Positions 9,569 through 20,361 are shown, numbered from the stretch's first letter. The stretch: DNA of 64,000 nucleotides from Faecousia sp. (GCA_045611945.1 JAZKYA010000017.1:264-64263); one strand, 5' to 3'. Numbers and translations are program-made. The notes: generated from the letters alone by a model not told the origin.

Positions 9569-9572
9569 ACGG

Positions 9573-11270
9573 TTATTTTTCGGGGTTTTCGGTTTCCCTG
9601 TATTTCTCCCAGGCATCGGCGTAGATACCGTGAGATTCAAACCAGGTGACCAGATTTGCGCAATCGCTGCTGGCGCGGATGGAACGGTAAGCTCTGATAT
9701 CCGAGGGCAGTTCACATTCTGCTTCCAGCCAGAACTGATAGTCCGCATCCTCCGTGTAGTGCCAGTCCTGACCCATGTTGCCTGCCTTGGCATCGGCGAT
9801 GATGGCATTCAACAGGCTTTGAATTTCAGCAGGGTCGGTGATCTTGATATCAGCTTCCGGCACTTCGATGCGATCTACCTTCCACTGCCCGGTATAGATC
9901 TTGCCCAATACAATCTCCGGGCTGCTCATATAGGTTTTCAGCAGCCGTCCGGCGTCGGTATCGTGGTTGATATAGTATTCCCGTTTCCGCTGGGAACCGT
10001 CCTTCATATAGTAGGTGATAAAGAACCTTATATCTGCCTCGCCGTCGCTGCCTTCGTAGCGGTTGGCAATGCCATGACGATGGATCGACAGGATATCCTC
10101 TATCATAGCCGGATCGGTCAGAGAACCGTTCCAATCATCGAAACCGTAGCTTCCGCTTGTGCTGATTGCCACGCCTGTGACCCGGCTGGCCTTGGGAACC
10201 CAGCGGGTGATACCGAACAGGTCTGCCTTTACGGCAATGAAGCTCAGGGAGAAGGCCAGCATAAACGCGCCGAAGCCAAGGAATGTCTTTTTACGGAATA
10301 TCCGTACTGTCCGGTCCAGCAGCATCCGGCCTGTGAAGAAACCGATCACAAAGCCCAGGATCAGGAAAATATAGTTTTCCTCGCCGATGAACAGAGAGCA
10401 GAAGCCGTGGAAGCAAGCGCCGCCGCAGAGGGTATACAGGGTGAGGAAAATAGGGGAGAGCCATTTGATGGCAATAAAATCACCGGCGCACTCCAGATTC
10501 CGCTTCCGGTAAGCAGCCAATGCCAAAGCCAGCAGGCCGATACCAATGGCGGCGCAGATGCCCAGATAGCCCCAGCCTTCCCCGAAATACCAACGGGCAA
10601 AGGCGTAGCCGCCTTGTTTTTCGACCATCAGGTACGCATCCATAAGGGAAACCATCTTGACTACCGGGGAAAGGGTGAAGAATATGTCATCACGAATGAT
10701 AACGCCGTACATCAGAGGCGCGTACATGGTCTCCACCAGCCAGTAGGCGATAATGGAAAAACCATTGATAATTAAGTAGACCAAAGCCATGGCAAAGCGG
10801 TTGCCCACGCAGTAGGATGCAAGCACTGCTGTGCCAAAGAAGAACAGGTATTGCAATGTGACCGCGGCCAGCCATAAAAAGGGGATGATCAGAAGGTCAC
10901 CTGCCAGGGGAAGGCAGAGCATGGCAAATGCTGTGTTGGGAACCAGGGATAATAACAGACCGGTGACCGTATTGGTGCAGAACCAATCCTCCCGGCGCAG
11001 GGGCATGGCGTGCAGGGCGTTGCACATACGGCTGCTATACAGGTCGCCGAACAAAAGCTGAGCGCATAAAGGCGCATAGAAGAAATTGACAATGGCAAAG
11101 AGCCCAATGGAAGATGCGATGTTGCTGGCGAAGTAAAAGCTTTCGTTATCTACAGCCAGAAGTACCATGAGCATCAGCAGAAACACACTGTACAGCGCCC
11201 AGACAGGGGCAAAGCGGGTGATGTTTTTCTTAAAAACAGTGACATTAAAGAACGATGTTCTTGACTTCAT
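9573..11270 (-). CDS. ABC transporter permease (YtrC-like)
   Basis: Many TM segments. Overlaps the ATPase gene; start at MKSRTS. Confidence 0.8.
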   Translation of the reverse strand: MKSRTSFFNVTVFKKNITRFAPVWALYSVFLLMLMVLLAVDNESFYFASNIASSIGLFAIVNFFYAPLCAQLLFGDLYSSRMCNALHAMPLRREDWFCTNTVTGLLLSLVPNTAFAMLCLPLAGDLLIIPFLWLAAVTLQYLFFFGTAVLASYCVGNRFAMALVYLIINGFSIIAYWLVETMYAPLMYGVIIRDDIFFTLSPVVKMVSLMDAYLMVEKQGGYAFARWYFGEGWGYLGICAAIGIGLLALALAAYRKRNLECAGDFIAIKWLSPIFLTLYTLCGGACFHGFCSLFIGEENYIFLILGFVIGFFTGRMLLDRTVRIFRKKTFLGFGAFMLAFSLSFIAVKADLFGITRWVPKASRVTGVAISTSGSYGFDDWNGSLTDPAMIEDILSIHRHGIANRYEGSDGEADIRFFITYYMKDGSQRKREYYINHDTDAGRLLKTYMSSPEIVLGKIYTGQWKVDRIEVPEADIKITDPAEIQSLLNAIIADAKAGNMGQDWHYTEDADYQFWLEAECELPSDIRAYRSIRASSDCANLVTWFESHGIYADAWEKYRETENPEK

Positions 11271-12126
11271 AATCAACACCTCCCAGCTCATAAATAAAGA
11301 TCTCCTCCAGGGAAAGGGGCAGCACATCAAAATAGGCAGGGTTTGCGGCCTGTACACGCTGGGCGATCTCCTCAGCACTGCCACGAATGACCAGAGTCCG
11401 AAGCCTGCCGGAGCTGCTCTCGTGGAGCACTTCCAGCTCCTTGGGTACATCGCCTACGATCTGCAGCTTGTGGGTGGCGCCCTGCATATCCGCAAGGCTC
11501 TTCTCCAGCAGCATTTTGCCGTGGTCCATAATGCCCACATGGTCGCAGATATCCTCCAGCTCCCGCAGGTTGTGGGACGAGATCAGCACCGTAGTTTCCC
11601 GCTGGGCAACATCCGAAAGGAGCAGACTCCACACCTGCCGCCGCATCACCGGGTCTAATCCGTCCACCGGCTCATCCAGAATCAGCATATCCGGCCGTGT
11701 ACAGATGCTCAGGTGGAACGCGGCCTGCTTCTGCATACCCTTGGAGAACCGGCGGATGGGGCTTTTTTTGGGAAGCTGAAATACTTCGTAAAGCCTAGCA
11801 AACAGCCCGTCGTCAAACTGGGGATACAGCCCTTTATAATAGCTGTGCATATCTTCCAGGGTCGCGGAGGGGAAGAAGAAAATATCATCCGGAATGGAGC
11901 CGACGCGGGTCTTGACCCCGGGATTTTCGTAAACAGGCTGGCCATCAAAGGTGACGCTGCCGCTGTCCGGACGATACACACCTACCGCATGGCGGATGGC
12001 AGTGGATTTGCCAGCGCCGTTGGGGCCAACCAGACCGTAAACAGCGCCCTTGGGGACGGTCATGGTCAGATCGTCCAACGCTTTAAAACTGCCAAAGGTC
12101 TTGGTAATGTTTTTTAGTTCAAGCAT
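11245..12126 (-). CDS. ABC transporter ATP-binding protein (YtrB-like)
   Basis: GPNGAGKS, FSKGMQ, LILDEP, SSH. Confidence 0.93.
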   Translation of the reverse strand: MLELKNITKTFGSFKALDDLTMTVPKGAVYGLVGPNGAGKSTAIRHAVGVYRPDSGSVTFDGQPVYENPGVKTRVGSIPDDIFFFPSATLEDMHSYYKGLYPQFDDGLFARLYEVFQLPKKSPIRRFSKGMQKQAAFHLSICTRPDMLILDEPVDGLDPVMRRQVWSLLLSDVAQRETTVLISSHNLRELEDICDHVGIMDHGKMLLEKSLADMQGATHKLQIVGDVPKELEVLHESSSGRLRTLVIRGSAEEIAQRVQAANPAYFDVLPLSLEEIFIYELGGVDYEVKNIVL

Positions 12127-12487
12127 GGTGTTTTCCTCCTTGCTGCAGTCGCCCGACGAGCGCCTCGGTGGTGATGCCGGAAGCAATCAGCGCTTCCGTC
12201 ACCTGGTCAAACTGGTGCAGCAGCGCCTGCTGCTCCTGCGCAACCTCGCCGGGTGTTCCGCAGACGAAGCATCCTTTGCCCGGTACAGTGGCGATCCAGC
12301 CAGCCATTTCCAGTTCCCGGTAGGCCCGCTGGATGGTGTTGGGATTGATGGCAAGCTGACTTGCCAGTTCCCGTACACTGGGCAGCCTGTCGCCGTTTTG
12401 CAGGACACCTGCCGCGATCTGGCCGCGGTAGGTATCAATGATCTGGGCGTAGATGGGCCGCGCGTCCCGGTAATCCAAATTTACCAT
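12119..12487 (-). CDS. GntR family regulator (YtrA subfamily)
   Basis: PIYAQI...LPSVRELASQLAINPNTIQRAYRELE...GKGCFV. Confidence 0.93.
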   Translation of the reverse strand: MVNLDYRDARPIYAQIIDTYRGQIAAGVLQNGDRLPSVRELASQLAINPNTIQRAYRELEMAGWIATVPGKGCFVCGTPGEVAQEQQALLHQFDQVTEALIASGITTEALVGRLQQGGKHHA

Positions 12488-12513
12488 AGGCACTCCCTCC
12501 GTATGAAGCGTAT

Positions 12514-12561
12514 TAACTGTATTAGTACAGTTATTGTATATGATAAATGCTTGTTTGTCAA
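12514..12561 (-). promoter_or_regulatory. promoter with palindromic operator for the GntR-ABC operon
   Basis: TTGACA(12561-12556)-17 nt-TACAAT(12538-12533). Palindrome TAACTGTA-TTAG-TACAGTTA at 12514-12533. Confidence 0.8.
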
Positions 12562-12579
12562 TACTCTAATATAGCAAAG

Positions 12580-12845
12580 AATGATCGTTTGGCGGCCCAA
12601 AGTCCAAATGTAAAATGTAAAATGCATAATGCAAAATTGAGGGGAGCGATGCGAGCGCTGCCAGTGGCAGCGCTTGGCAAAACGCAAGCCTGCTTCGACA
12701 GGCGAAGCGGCTGCCGGGCACCGCAACAGGGCTTTGCTAACGCAAATGGTTTTAAATAGTCGGCGCAGCCGACACCTTAATTTTGAATTTTGGATTTTGA
12801 ATTTTGAATTCAGCAACGCAGGTTGCGCGTGTAAACGATCATTTA
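12580..12845. mobile_element. MITE-like composite element
   Basis: TIRs AATGATCGTTT / AAACGATCATT(TA), heptamer arms and a GC-rich palindromic core. Confidence 0.6.
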
Positions 12846-12905
12846 TCTGGTTGAAAAGGGAAAATTCCCCCCACAGTGGCACTGTGGAGGGAAAGTATGG
12901 AAGTA

Positions 12906-13760
12906 TTATTTCTTTGCAGCGGCGGCGATCTCCGCAGGTGTGCCCTCCATGGTATCCACGATTAGCTTCTTGGGACACACATCAGCGCACAGACCGCAGG
13001 AGTCGCACTTGCTGTAGTCAATGACCGCCAGATTCCGGTCGATAGAGATGGCATCCTTGGGGCATACCTTGACACAGATCGAGCAGCCGATACAGCCCTG
13101 AGTACAGCCCCGGACGGTGACAGCGCCCTTTGCGTGGGAAGCGCAGGCGATGCGTACATGCTTATCATACTCAACAGGTACAATGATCTGCCGGGGGCAG
13201 ACCTGGGTACAGGCCATACAGCCTACGCATTTTTCACTATCTACCTTGGCAACACCGTCCACCACATGAATGGCATCGTACTTGCAGGCCTTGGTGCAGG
13301 TGCCATAGCCAAGACAGCCGAACTTACAGCTCAGCGGGCCGTTGCCGCCGACCTTGGAAGCGGCTACGCAGTCGTGGAAGCCTTCGTACTGGCCCTTCAG
13401 CTTGGCACCCAGCTCCTTGCCGCTGGCATCCACGCTGCGGTAACCGGAGCAGCGGACCAACGCTACCTTACGGATCATGGCCTCCACCTTTACGCCCATG
13501 ATGGCAGCCATGGCCTGGGCGCATTCATTACCGCCGGAGGCGCATTTGCCAATGGGCGCTTCGCCTTTCAGTACCGCTTCAGCATAGCCGCCGCAGCCGG
13601 GATAGCCGCAGCCGCCGCAGTTGGCACCGGGCAGACATTCGTTGAGCTGGTCCAGCCGGGGGTCAGTCTCTACATAGAACACCTTGGAGGCGGCGGCCAA
13701 TACCAAACCGAAAATCAGACCCAAGCCGCCTAAAATCGCGATTGCAATTACAATTTCCAT
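12906..13760 (-). CDS. rnfB: Rnf complex subunit B
   Basis: LPGANCGGCGYPGC plus several CxxCxxCxxxCP motifs. Confidence 0.95.
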   Translation of the reverse strand: MEIVIAIAILGGLGLIFGLVLAAASKVFYVETDPRLDQLNECLPGANCGGCGYPGCGGYAEAVLKGEAPIGKCASGGNECAQAMAAIMGVKVEAMIRKVALVRCSGYRSVDASGKELGAKLKGQYEGFHDCVAASKVGGNGPLSCKFGCLGYGTCTKACKYDAIHVVDGVAKVDSEKCVGCMACTQVCPRQIIVPVEYDKHVRIACASHAKGAVTVRGCTQGCIGCSICVKVCPKDAISIDRNLAVIDYSKCDSCGLCADVCPKKLIVDTMEGTPAEIAAAAKK

Positions 13761-13772
13761 AGCGCGCCCTCC

Positions 13773-14363
13773 TCAAAAGATCTTCAGGCCCGAAAAGCCC
13801 ATGAAGGCCAGGGCCATCAGACCGGCCGCCACCAGGGTAAGGGGGAAGCCCTTAAAGCTGTCGGGACTTTCGGCCTTGTCTACACGCTCACGGATGGACG
13901 CGAACAGCACGATGGCGAGGGTAAAGCCAAGGCCGCCGCAGGCACCATTGAGGACGCTCTGCAGGAAGTCGTAGCCCTTCTGCACATTCAGCAGGGCAAC
14001 ACCCAGCACAGCACAGTTGGTGGTGATCAGGGGCAGGAAGATGCCCAGCGCCTGGTACAGAGCGGGAATGGCCTTCTTCAGGAACATTTCCACCACCTGT
14101 ACGATGGAAGCGATCACCAGAATAAAGGAGACTGTCTGCATGAACTCCAACTGGAAGGGAACCAGCAGGAAGTAGTATACCGCATAGGTAGCGGCAGAGG
14201 CCAGGGCCATAACAAAGGTAACGGCCATGCCCATGCCCAGAGCGGTATCGATTTTTTTGGAAACGCCCATGAAGGGGCAGATTCCGTAGAATTTCACCAA
14301 AATGAAGTTTTCAGAGAGAATGGCAGCCACCAGGATGCCAATCAAAGCCTGTATATATTCCAT
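13773..14363 (-). CDS. rnfA: Rnf complex subunit A
   Basis: GICPFMGVS, LPLITTNCAVLG. Confidence 0.95.
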   Translation of the reverse strand: MEYIQALIGILVAAILSENFILVKFYGICPFMGVSKKIDTALGMGMAVTFVMALASAATYAVYYFLLVPFQLEFMQTVSFILVIASIVQVVEMFLKKAIPALYQALGIFLPLITTNCAVLGVALLNVQKGYDFLQSVLNGACGGLGFTLAIVLFASIRERVDKAESPDSFKGFPLTLVAAGLMALAFMGFSGLKIF

Positions 14364-15007
14364 TACTTTGCTGCCTCCTTTTCTGCCTTTTTCTTATGAA
14401 GATACTTGGTAAACCACTGAAAACCTGCCATAATAAAGCCCAGGGTCAAAAAGCCGCCAACAGGCATGACCATCATCATAGCGCCATACCCCTCGGGGAT
14501 GATGCGGATACCCTCGCCGCCGTTCAGAATGCCGCCGCCGAAGGTGCCGTTGCCTAAAAATTCACGGACAACGCACATGATCACCAGCGCCACCGTATAG
14601 CCGATACCCTGGCACAGGCCGTCCACCGCGGAGGCCAGCACACCGTTCTTGGACGCAAAGGCTTCTGCCCGGCCCAGCACGATGCAGTTGACAACGATCA
14701 GAGGAATGAATACGCCCAGACTTTCGGAAAGGTCCGGCAGAAATGCCTGCAGCAGCAGATCCACGATGGTAACGAAAGCGGCAATGATGTCGATGTAAGC
14801 CGCAATGCGGAACTGAGTGGGAATGACCTTACGCAGAGCGGAGATCAGCACATTGGAGCAGATCAGAATGAGGGTAACACTCAGACCCATGCCCAGGCCG
14901 TTGAAGAGGCTGGTGGTAATGGCCAGCACAGAGCACATGCCCAGCATCTGTGCCAAAACAGGGTTCTTGCTCAGCAGGCCTTCGTTAAGCTGTTTCTTAA
15001 AATTCAT
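14363..15007 (-). CDS. rnfE: Rnf complex subunit E
   Basis: NPVLAQMLGMC, FIPLIVVNCIVLGRAEAFA. Confidence 0.95.
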   Translation of the reverse strand: MNFKKQLNEGLLSKNPVLAQMLGMCSVLAITTSLFNGLGMGLSVTLILICSNVLISALRKVIPTQFRIAAYIDIIAAFVTIVDLLLQAFLPDLSESLGVFIPLIVVNCIVLGRAEAFASKNGVLASAVDGLCQGIGYTVALVIMCVVREFLGNGTFGGGILNGGEGIRIIPEGYGAMMMVMPVGGFLTLGFIMAGFQWFTKYLHKKKAEKEAAK

Positions 15008-15019
15008 AGCCATACCTCC

Positions 15020-15571
15020 TTAACCGTTTTGCATGGCACAGGCTACGGCAGCGTTGATGCCTTCGCAGATGGCCCGGGAAGTGATGGTAGCGCCGGTGAT
15101 GGAATCTACCTCGCCGCCATCCTTGGTGACAGCCAGATCGCCGGAAAGCCCCACAAACTGACCGCGGAAGGCTTCACCGGCGGCGTTCTTGGCGGCTGCC
15201 ACAGCGCCCAGACCGGCGGGTTCCGTGTGGGAGATGATGCTGATGCCCAGGATATTACCTTCCCGGTCAACACCCACCATCATAGTGATGGCGTTGTCAA
15301 AACCCACCGGTTCGACCTGGACAGCATAACCCAGCTCAGAAGCGTAGACATTGGTGACAAGACCGGTACCGTCTACAAAACAATAGACTTCTTCACCGCC
15401 GCCGGGAAGTACCTCACTGACGGCCTTTTGAATCTTTTCTGCCCGAAGCTGGGCGATGCGGGGGGCGGTGATCTTGTTGACCAGGGCCAGAGCGCCTGCC
15501 ATGATAGAGGTGATCAGCAGCAGGGTAATGGCCAGCCGCAGGATATATAAAACCGTATTCTGTTTTTTCAT
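15020..15571 (-). CDS. rnfG: Rnf complex subunit G
   Basis: Single TM helix and FMN-attachment motif DSITGATITS. Confidence 0.93.
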   Translation of the reverse strand: MKKQNTVLYILRLAITLLLITSIMAGALALVNKITAPRIAQLRAEKIQKAVSEVLPGGGEEVYCFVDGTGLVTNVYASELGYAVQVEPVGFDNAITMMVGVDREGNILGISIISHTEPAGLGAVAAAKNAAGEAFRGQFVGLSGDLAVTKDGGEVDSITGATITSRAICEGINAAVACAMQNG

Positions 15572-16566
15572 CTTCCGGCCACCTCCTTCTTAGGACTGCC
15601 GAACTTCTTGGGCCGGCCAATGCGGTCTAAGAGGACTACGCAGCAGTTCATGATCAGAATGGCGTAGCTGACACCCTCGTTATAACCGCCGAAGTAACGG
15701 ATGACGATGGTCAGAACACCGCAGCCGATGCCGTAAATGATCTGGCCCAGCTTGGTCACCGGGCTGGTCACATAGTCGGTGGCCATGAAGATAGCGCCCA
15801 GCATCAGACCGCCGCCGCAAAGCTGCGCGGCGCACCAGGCAAAGGGGTTGTTGCCCATGGGGAACAGCAGGCTCAGCACAGCCACAGTGCCCACATAAGC
15901 CAGAGGGATCCGCAGGGTGATGACCTTCCGGGCAAGCAGATAGATAAGACCAACGAGCAGCAGCGCAACGGAAGTTTCACCGATGCAGCCGCCCACATTA
16001 CCCACGAATAGATCCAGCAGGGATTCCTGGGGCATCTGGCCCTGGTGCATGGCAGCCAGGGGGGTAGCGGCTGTGACAGCGTCAGCGGTGGAGAGAATAC
16101 CGGCGGCATTTTCAAAGCCAACCTTGACCCAGTGAGTCATCAGCACCGGCCATCCGAAGAGGAATGCCCGGGCAGCCAGGGCGGGGTTGACAAAGTTCTT
16201 GCCAATACCGCCGAAAAGCATTTTAACCACAATAATAGCGAAGAAGTCGCCGATGATGATGCACCAGTAGGGGATCGTCACCGGGCAGACAAAGGCGATC
16301 AATACGCCGGTAACAGCAAAGGACAGGTCATACACCTTGCAGGGCATCTTCATCATTTTGCACCAGCCCCATTCAAACAGCAGGCAGGCGGCAACGCTGA
16401 CCAGCGTGACCATCAGCGCACGGAAGCCAAAGAAGTACACACTGCCAATGAGGGCAGGGGCAAGGGCAATAAGGACATCGCGCATAATGGTTTTGGTAGT
16501 GACCTTGGAATGGACATGGGGAGAGCTGGAAATCGTCAGCTCATAGAAATATTTCATAACAGCCAT
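15568..16566 (-). CDS. rnfD: Rnf complex subunit D
   Basis: SSSPH, FGGIGKNFVNPA, DAVTAATPL, FMATDYVTSP. Confidence 0.95.
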   Translation of the reverse strand: MAVMKYFYELTISSSPHVHSKVTTKTIMRDVLIALAPALIGSVYFFGFRALMVTLVSVAACLLFEWGWCKMMKMPCKVYDLSFAVTGVLIAFVCPVTIPYWCIIIGDFFAIIVVKMLFGGIGKNFVNPALAARAFLFGWPVLMTHWVKVGFENAAGILSTADAVTAATPLAAMHQGQMPQESLLDLFVGNVGGCIGETSVALLLVGLIYLLARKVITLRIPLAYVGTVAVLSLLFPMGNNPFAWCAAQLCGGGLMLGAIFMATDYVTSPVTKLGQIIYGIGCGVLTIVIRYFGGYNEGVSYAILIMNCCVVLLDRIGRPKKFGSPKKEVAGR

Positions 16567-16581
16567 CAGATATCCACCTCC

Positions 16582-17919
16582 TTAAAGCTTCTGGGCGGCA
16601 GCTTTTTGGGCAGCCTCCGCTATGCGGATATGATGCTTTGCGGCCTTGAACGACAGCACCAGGGGGACACAGGCAGGACAGGTATAAGCGCAGCAGCCAC
16701 ACTCAATGCAGTCCATCAGATTCTGGGCCTTCATTTCCTCTACATCGCCGGAGTACAGGCTCTTGTACATCAGAATCGGCATCAGATGCATGGGGCAGAC
16801 ATCAATACACTTGCCGCAACGGATGCAGCGGGACTGTTCTACCACATACTTATTCCGTTTGCCCAGGATGGTAACGGCGTTGGTACCCTTGATTACCGGA
16901 ACTGCCAAGTCGTACTGGGCAGCGCCCATCATGGGGCCGCCGGAGAGGACCTTATAGGGATTTTCGCTGTGGCCGACAGCCCGGATCATATCGTTGAAGC
17001 CCACACCGATGGGGACCATCAGATTCATAGGCTTCATGGCAATATCACCGGAAACGGTAACCAGACGCCGGATCAGGGGCATACCCTCGTAGACAGCGTC
17101 GTGGATGGCCTTGCAGGTCGCGGCGTTGAACACGGCGCAGCCAACAGCAGCCGGCAGACCGCCGGAGGGTACTTCCCGGCCGGTCACCGCGTAAATGAGC
17201 TGTTTCTCCGCGCCCTGGGGATACTTGGCAGGCAGAATGTCCAGCACGATGCCGTCCTTGGGATCGATCTCCCACTTCAGCGCCTTGGCAGCGGCAGGCT
17301 TGTTATCCTCGATGGCGATGTGGGCACGGTTTAAGCCCAGGATCTTCATAATGATCTTCAGACCGGAGATTATCTGGATGGGGTAGTAACGGCAGAGGAT
17401 ATCATCGGCAACTATGTAAGGTTCACACTCGGATACATTGACGATGATGGTATCCACCTTGCCCAGACCGGAGGAAAGCTTCACATGGGTGGGGAAGGCA
17501 GCGCCGCCCATACCTACAATACCGGCTTCCCGGATAATGGCCATCAGCTCTTCGGCTGTGAGGGCATCTGCCTGGGCTTGTGTCCTGGGCTGGATGGTCT
17601 CGCAGGGGGTATCCAGATGGTCGTTTTCAATGACCACGCTCATAACCATGGTACCGCTGGTGTGGGGACGGGGTTCTACTGCTTTCACCTTGCCGGATAC
17701 GCTGGCATGGACAGGAACGCACAGGCCGGCGCTGTCACCGATCTTCTGACCCATGGTGACCATATCACCTTTTTTGACCAGGGGCGTGCAGGGCGCGCCA
17801 ATGTGCTGCTGCATGGGAATGACCACGGTGTCTGTTTCCGGGAAAACTTGCACCGGGGCGTTCTCGGCATAGAACTTATTCTCTTTCGGATGGATTCCTC
17901 CAAAGAAGGAAAACGCCAT
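16582..17919 (-). CDS. rnfC: Rnf complex subunit C
   Basis: QQHIGAP, GMGGAAFPTHVK, ECEPY, GGPMMG, two 4Fe-4S motifs. Confidence 0.95.
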   Translation of the reverse strand: MAFSFFGGIHPKENKFYAENAPVQVFPETDTVVIPMQQHIGAPCTPLVKKGDMVTMGQKIGDSAGLCVPVHASVSGKVKAVEPRPHTSGTMVMSVVIENDHLDTPCETIQPRTQAQADALTAEELMAIIREAGIVGMGGAAFPTHVKLSSGLGKVDTIIVNVSECEPYIVADDILCRYYPIQIISGLKIIMKILGLNRAHIAIEDNKPAAAKALKWEIDPKDGIVLDILPAKYPQGAEKQLIYAVTGREVPSGGLPAAVGCAVFNAATCKAIHDAVYEGMPLIRRLVTVSGDIAMKPMNLMVPIGVGFNDMIRAVGHSENPYKVLSGGPMMGAAQYDLAVPVIKGTNAVTILGKRNKYVVEQSRCIRCGKCIDVCPMHLMPILMYKSLYSGDVEEMKAQNLMDCIECGCCAYTCPACVPLVLSFKAAKHHIRIAEAAQKAAAQKL

Positions 17920-18117
17920 AACTGAATCACCTCTTATATAAAATCCGCGGATTTACAATACGCTATCTATCATAAGGTATCATAAACGATTTTTGAATGT
18001 TTGTCTATATAAAACTATTGGGAATAGGTTAAAAAGCGGAAAAAATACAATATTATCGATATAAAAAGATGGAAAAACAGGAACAAGCTGCCACCTTTCG
18101 TGACAGCTTGCGCTACC

Positions 18118-19038
18118 TTATTGATTGATGCCCAGCTCTGCCGGCTGAAACCGGGGACAGACATTCTCAGAGGAGGTAATGACGGAGGCCGCCAGGATAG
18201 AGCCGATCTCAATGGCCGCATCCATGGTTTTTCCATAGGTCAGTCCAATGGATACGCCGGCGCAAAAGGCATCTCCCGCACCGGTGGTGTCTTTCACCAG
18301 GACCTTTCGGGCCGGACAGATGCCGCTATCTCCATCCTTGGTGGCGTATACCGCGCCCCGGTCACCCATGGTGACCACCATAGAGGGGATCTGGGCCTGT
18401 ATAACCTTTTGGGCAAGGATGTGCCGCATTTGTTCCGGGCTACAGCCGGCATAATCATCCAAAAACAGAAGCCCGGCCTCCTGCTGGTTGCAGATAAAGC
18501 AGTCGAAGCTGCGCAGAAAATCCCGGCGCTTGGCGGCGATGTTCATATTGGACACCACACCAAAGACCTTGACATTGTGCTTGCCTGCAAGCTCCAGGGT
18601 CAGCTTGACGATCTCCTTGTCTAGGTCTACCTCCATGACTACGGAATCCGCCTGGGAGAAGATCTCATCACCCTTTTGCTCCAGCAGATCCACGATGGGC
18701 AGCATATTGGGCCGCTGGGAGATAGAACCGGCTACATCGCCGTTGTTATCGAATACTGCCAGCCAGGTTCCCATGCCGCCGGGAATGGTCATTACATACT
18801 GGGTATTGACCTTGTGATTATTCAGCTTCTGCAGAACATCCGCGCCCATGGGCGTGTCATCTACAATGCCCAGAAAGGTAGGCCGCAGCTCTGCATTGGC
18901 AATATCCTCCACCACATTCCGGGCCACGCCGCCGTGAATGTACTCTACCCGGCCCACATTACGGCCTGTGGGCAGATACGCGTCCTCCGGAAAACCCTTG
19001 ATATCCACAAATGTTGCGCCAATGACTACGATCCCCAT
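18118..19038 (-). CDS. PfkB family carbohydrate kinase
   Basis: GGVARNV, DTTGAGDAF. Confidence 0.9.
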   Translation of the reverse strand: MGIVVIGATFVDIKGFPEDAYLPTGRNVGRVEYIHGGVARNVVEDIANAELRPTFLGIVDDTPMGADVLQKLNNHKVNTQYVMTIPGGMGTWLAVFDNNGDVAGSISQRPNMLPIVDLLEQKGDEIFSQADSVVMEVDLDKEIVKLTLELAGKHNVKVFGVVSNMNIAAKRRDFLRSFDCFICNQQEAGLLFLDDYAGCSPEQMRHILAQKVIQAQIPSMVVTMGDRGAVYATKDGDSGICPARKVLVKDTTGAGDAFCAGVSIGLTYGKTMDAAIEIGSILAASVITSSENVCPRFQPAELGINQ

Positions 19039-19176
19039 AGCATTGCCTCCTGCTTTTCTTTTTTTGTCATAATATCATAGAATACCCGTATCCGCAATTC
19101 CCAAGCTGCGAAAATCCTCTGGACAAAGAAAGGCCGCAGCGGTATAATATGGTGCAAGAAAGAATGAGGGATTGCA

Positions 19177-20361
19177 ATGGATAAAAAATATCAAAAAACC
19201 ATATATGCCTGCTTTACGGGCTATGTCGTTTTGGCAATCGTCAATAACTTCGCGCCGCTGCTGTTTCTGACCTTTCAGAATACCTACGGTATTTCCTGGA
19301 GCAGCATCTCCGCGCTGATCACCATTAACTTTTGCGTGCAGCTCAGTGTGGATCTGGCGGGCGCAAAATTCATCGACCGGATCGGTTACCGGGCATCCAT
19401 GCTGGTGGCCCACGGCGCGGCAGCTTTGGGCCTGACCGGCATGGCGGTTCTGCCGGATATGATGCCCGATCCTTTCTGGGGGCTGGTGATATGCGTCACT
19501 GTCTACGCAATCGGCGGCGGTATTTTGGAGGTGCTGGTCAGTCCCATTGTGGAGTCCTGCCCAACCACCAACAAGGAAGGCTATATGAGCCTGCTCCACT
19601 CCTTTTACTGCTGGGGCCATGTGGCGGTGGTGCTGCTTGCCACGCTGTTCTTTACAGTGGCAGGCGTTGAAAACTGGCGGATCCTCAGTTTGCTGTGGGC
19701 GCTGGTGCCGATCGTCAATGGCATCGTATTTATAAAAGTGCCCATTGCAACGCCGGAAACCACGGGGCAAGCAGGAATGCCCATCCGGAAGCTGCTGAAA
19801 AACGGCCTGTTCTGGGTGATTCTGGTGATGATGCTTTGTTCCGGTGCCAGTGAGCAGGGCATCAGCCAGTGGGTCTCAGCCTTTGCGGAAAAGGGGCTGG
19901 ACATCCCCAAGACCGTTGGTGACCTGGCAGGGCCGCTGACTTTTGCGGTGCTGATGGGCATTTCCCGGGCAGTATACGCCAGATTCAGTGACAGAGTCAC
20001 TTCGGATAAGGTGCTGACGGTCTGCGGCATCCTTTGTACTGTGAGCTATCTGCTGGCAGCCTTGTCGCCCAATGCCGCCCTTTCCTTTGTGGGCTGCGCC
20101 CTGTGCGGCCTGTCGGTGGGTATCATGTGGCCCGCTACCTTCAGCATCGGCGCGGCAGAGTTAAAGGGTGGTACGGCGATGTTCGCGCTGTTCGCTCTGG
20201 CGGGTGATTTGGGCTGCTCCGCTGGCCCCACGCTGGTGGGTACGGTATCGGATGTATTCGGAGGCGATCTGAAACCCGGCATTCTGACAGGGGTAGTATT
20301 TCCTGTGGGATTGCTGGCGGCGATCTTTCTGCGCCGGATATATAAAAGAAAACATGTTTGA
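19177..20361 (+). CDS. MFS transporter
   Basis: About 12 hydrophobic segments, DRIGYR loop, LLHSFYCWG. Confidence 0.88.
   Translation: MDKKYQKTIYACFTGYVVLAIVNNFAPLLFLTFQNTYGISWSSISALITINFCVQLSVDLAGAKFIDRIGYRASMLVAHGAAALGLTGMAVLPDMMPDPFWGLVICVTVYAIGGGILEVLVSPIVESCPTTNKEGYMSLLHSFYCWGHVAVVLLATLFFTVAGVENWRILSLLWALVPIVNGIVFIKVPIATPETTGQAGMPIRKLLKNGLFWVILVMMLCSGASEQGISQWVSAFAEKGLDIPKTVGDLAGPLTFAVLMGISRAVYARFSDRVTSDKVLTVCGILCTVSYLLAALSPNAALSFVGCALCGLSVGIMWPATFSIGAAELKGGTAMFALFALAGDLGCSAGPTLVGTVSDVFGGDLKPGILTGVVFPVGLLAAIFLRRIYKRKHV

Noticed and set aside
12481-13024. ORFs spanning the repeat element
   Set aside because: Translations of heptamer and palindromic repeats.
12906-17919. Rnf operon as a novelty
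   Set aside because: Standard clostridial rnfCDGEAB order. Odd residues (RnfE YIDII, RnfG EPAGLG) may be sequence errors.
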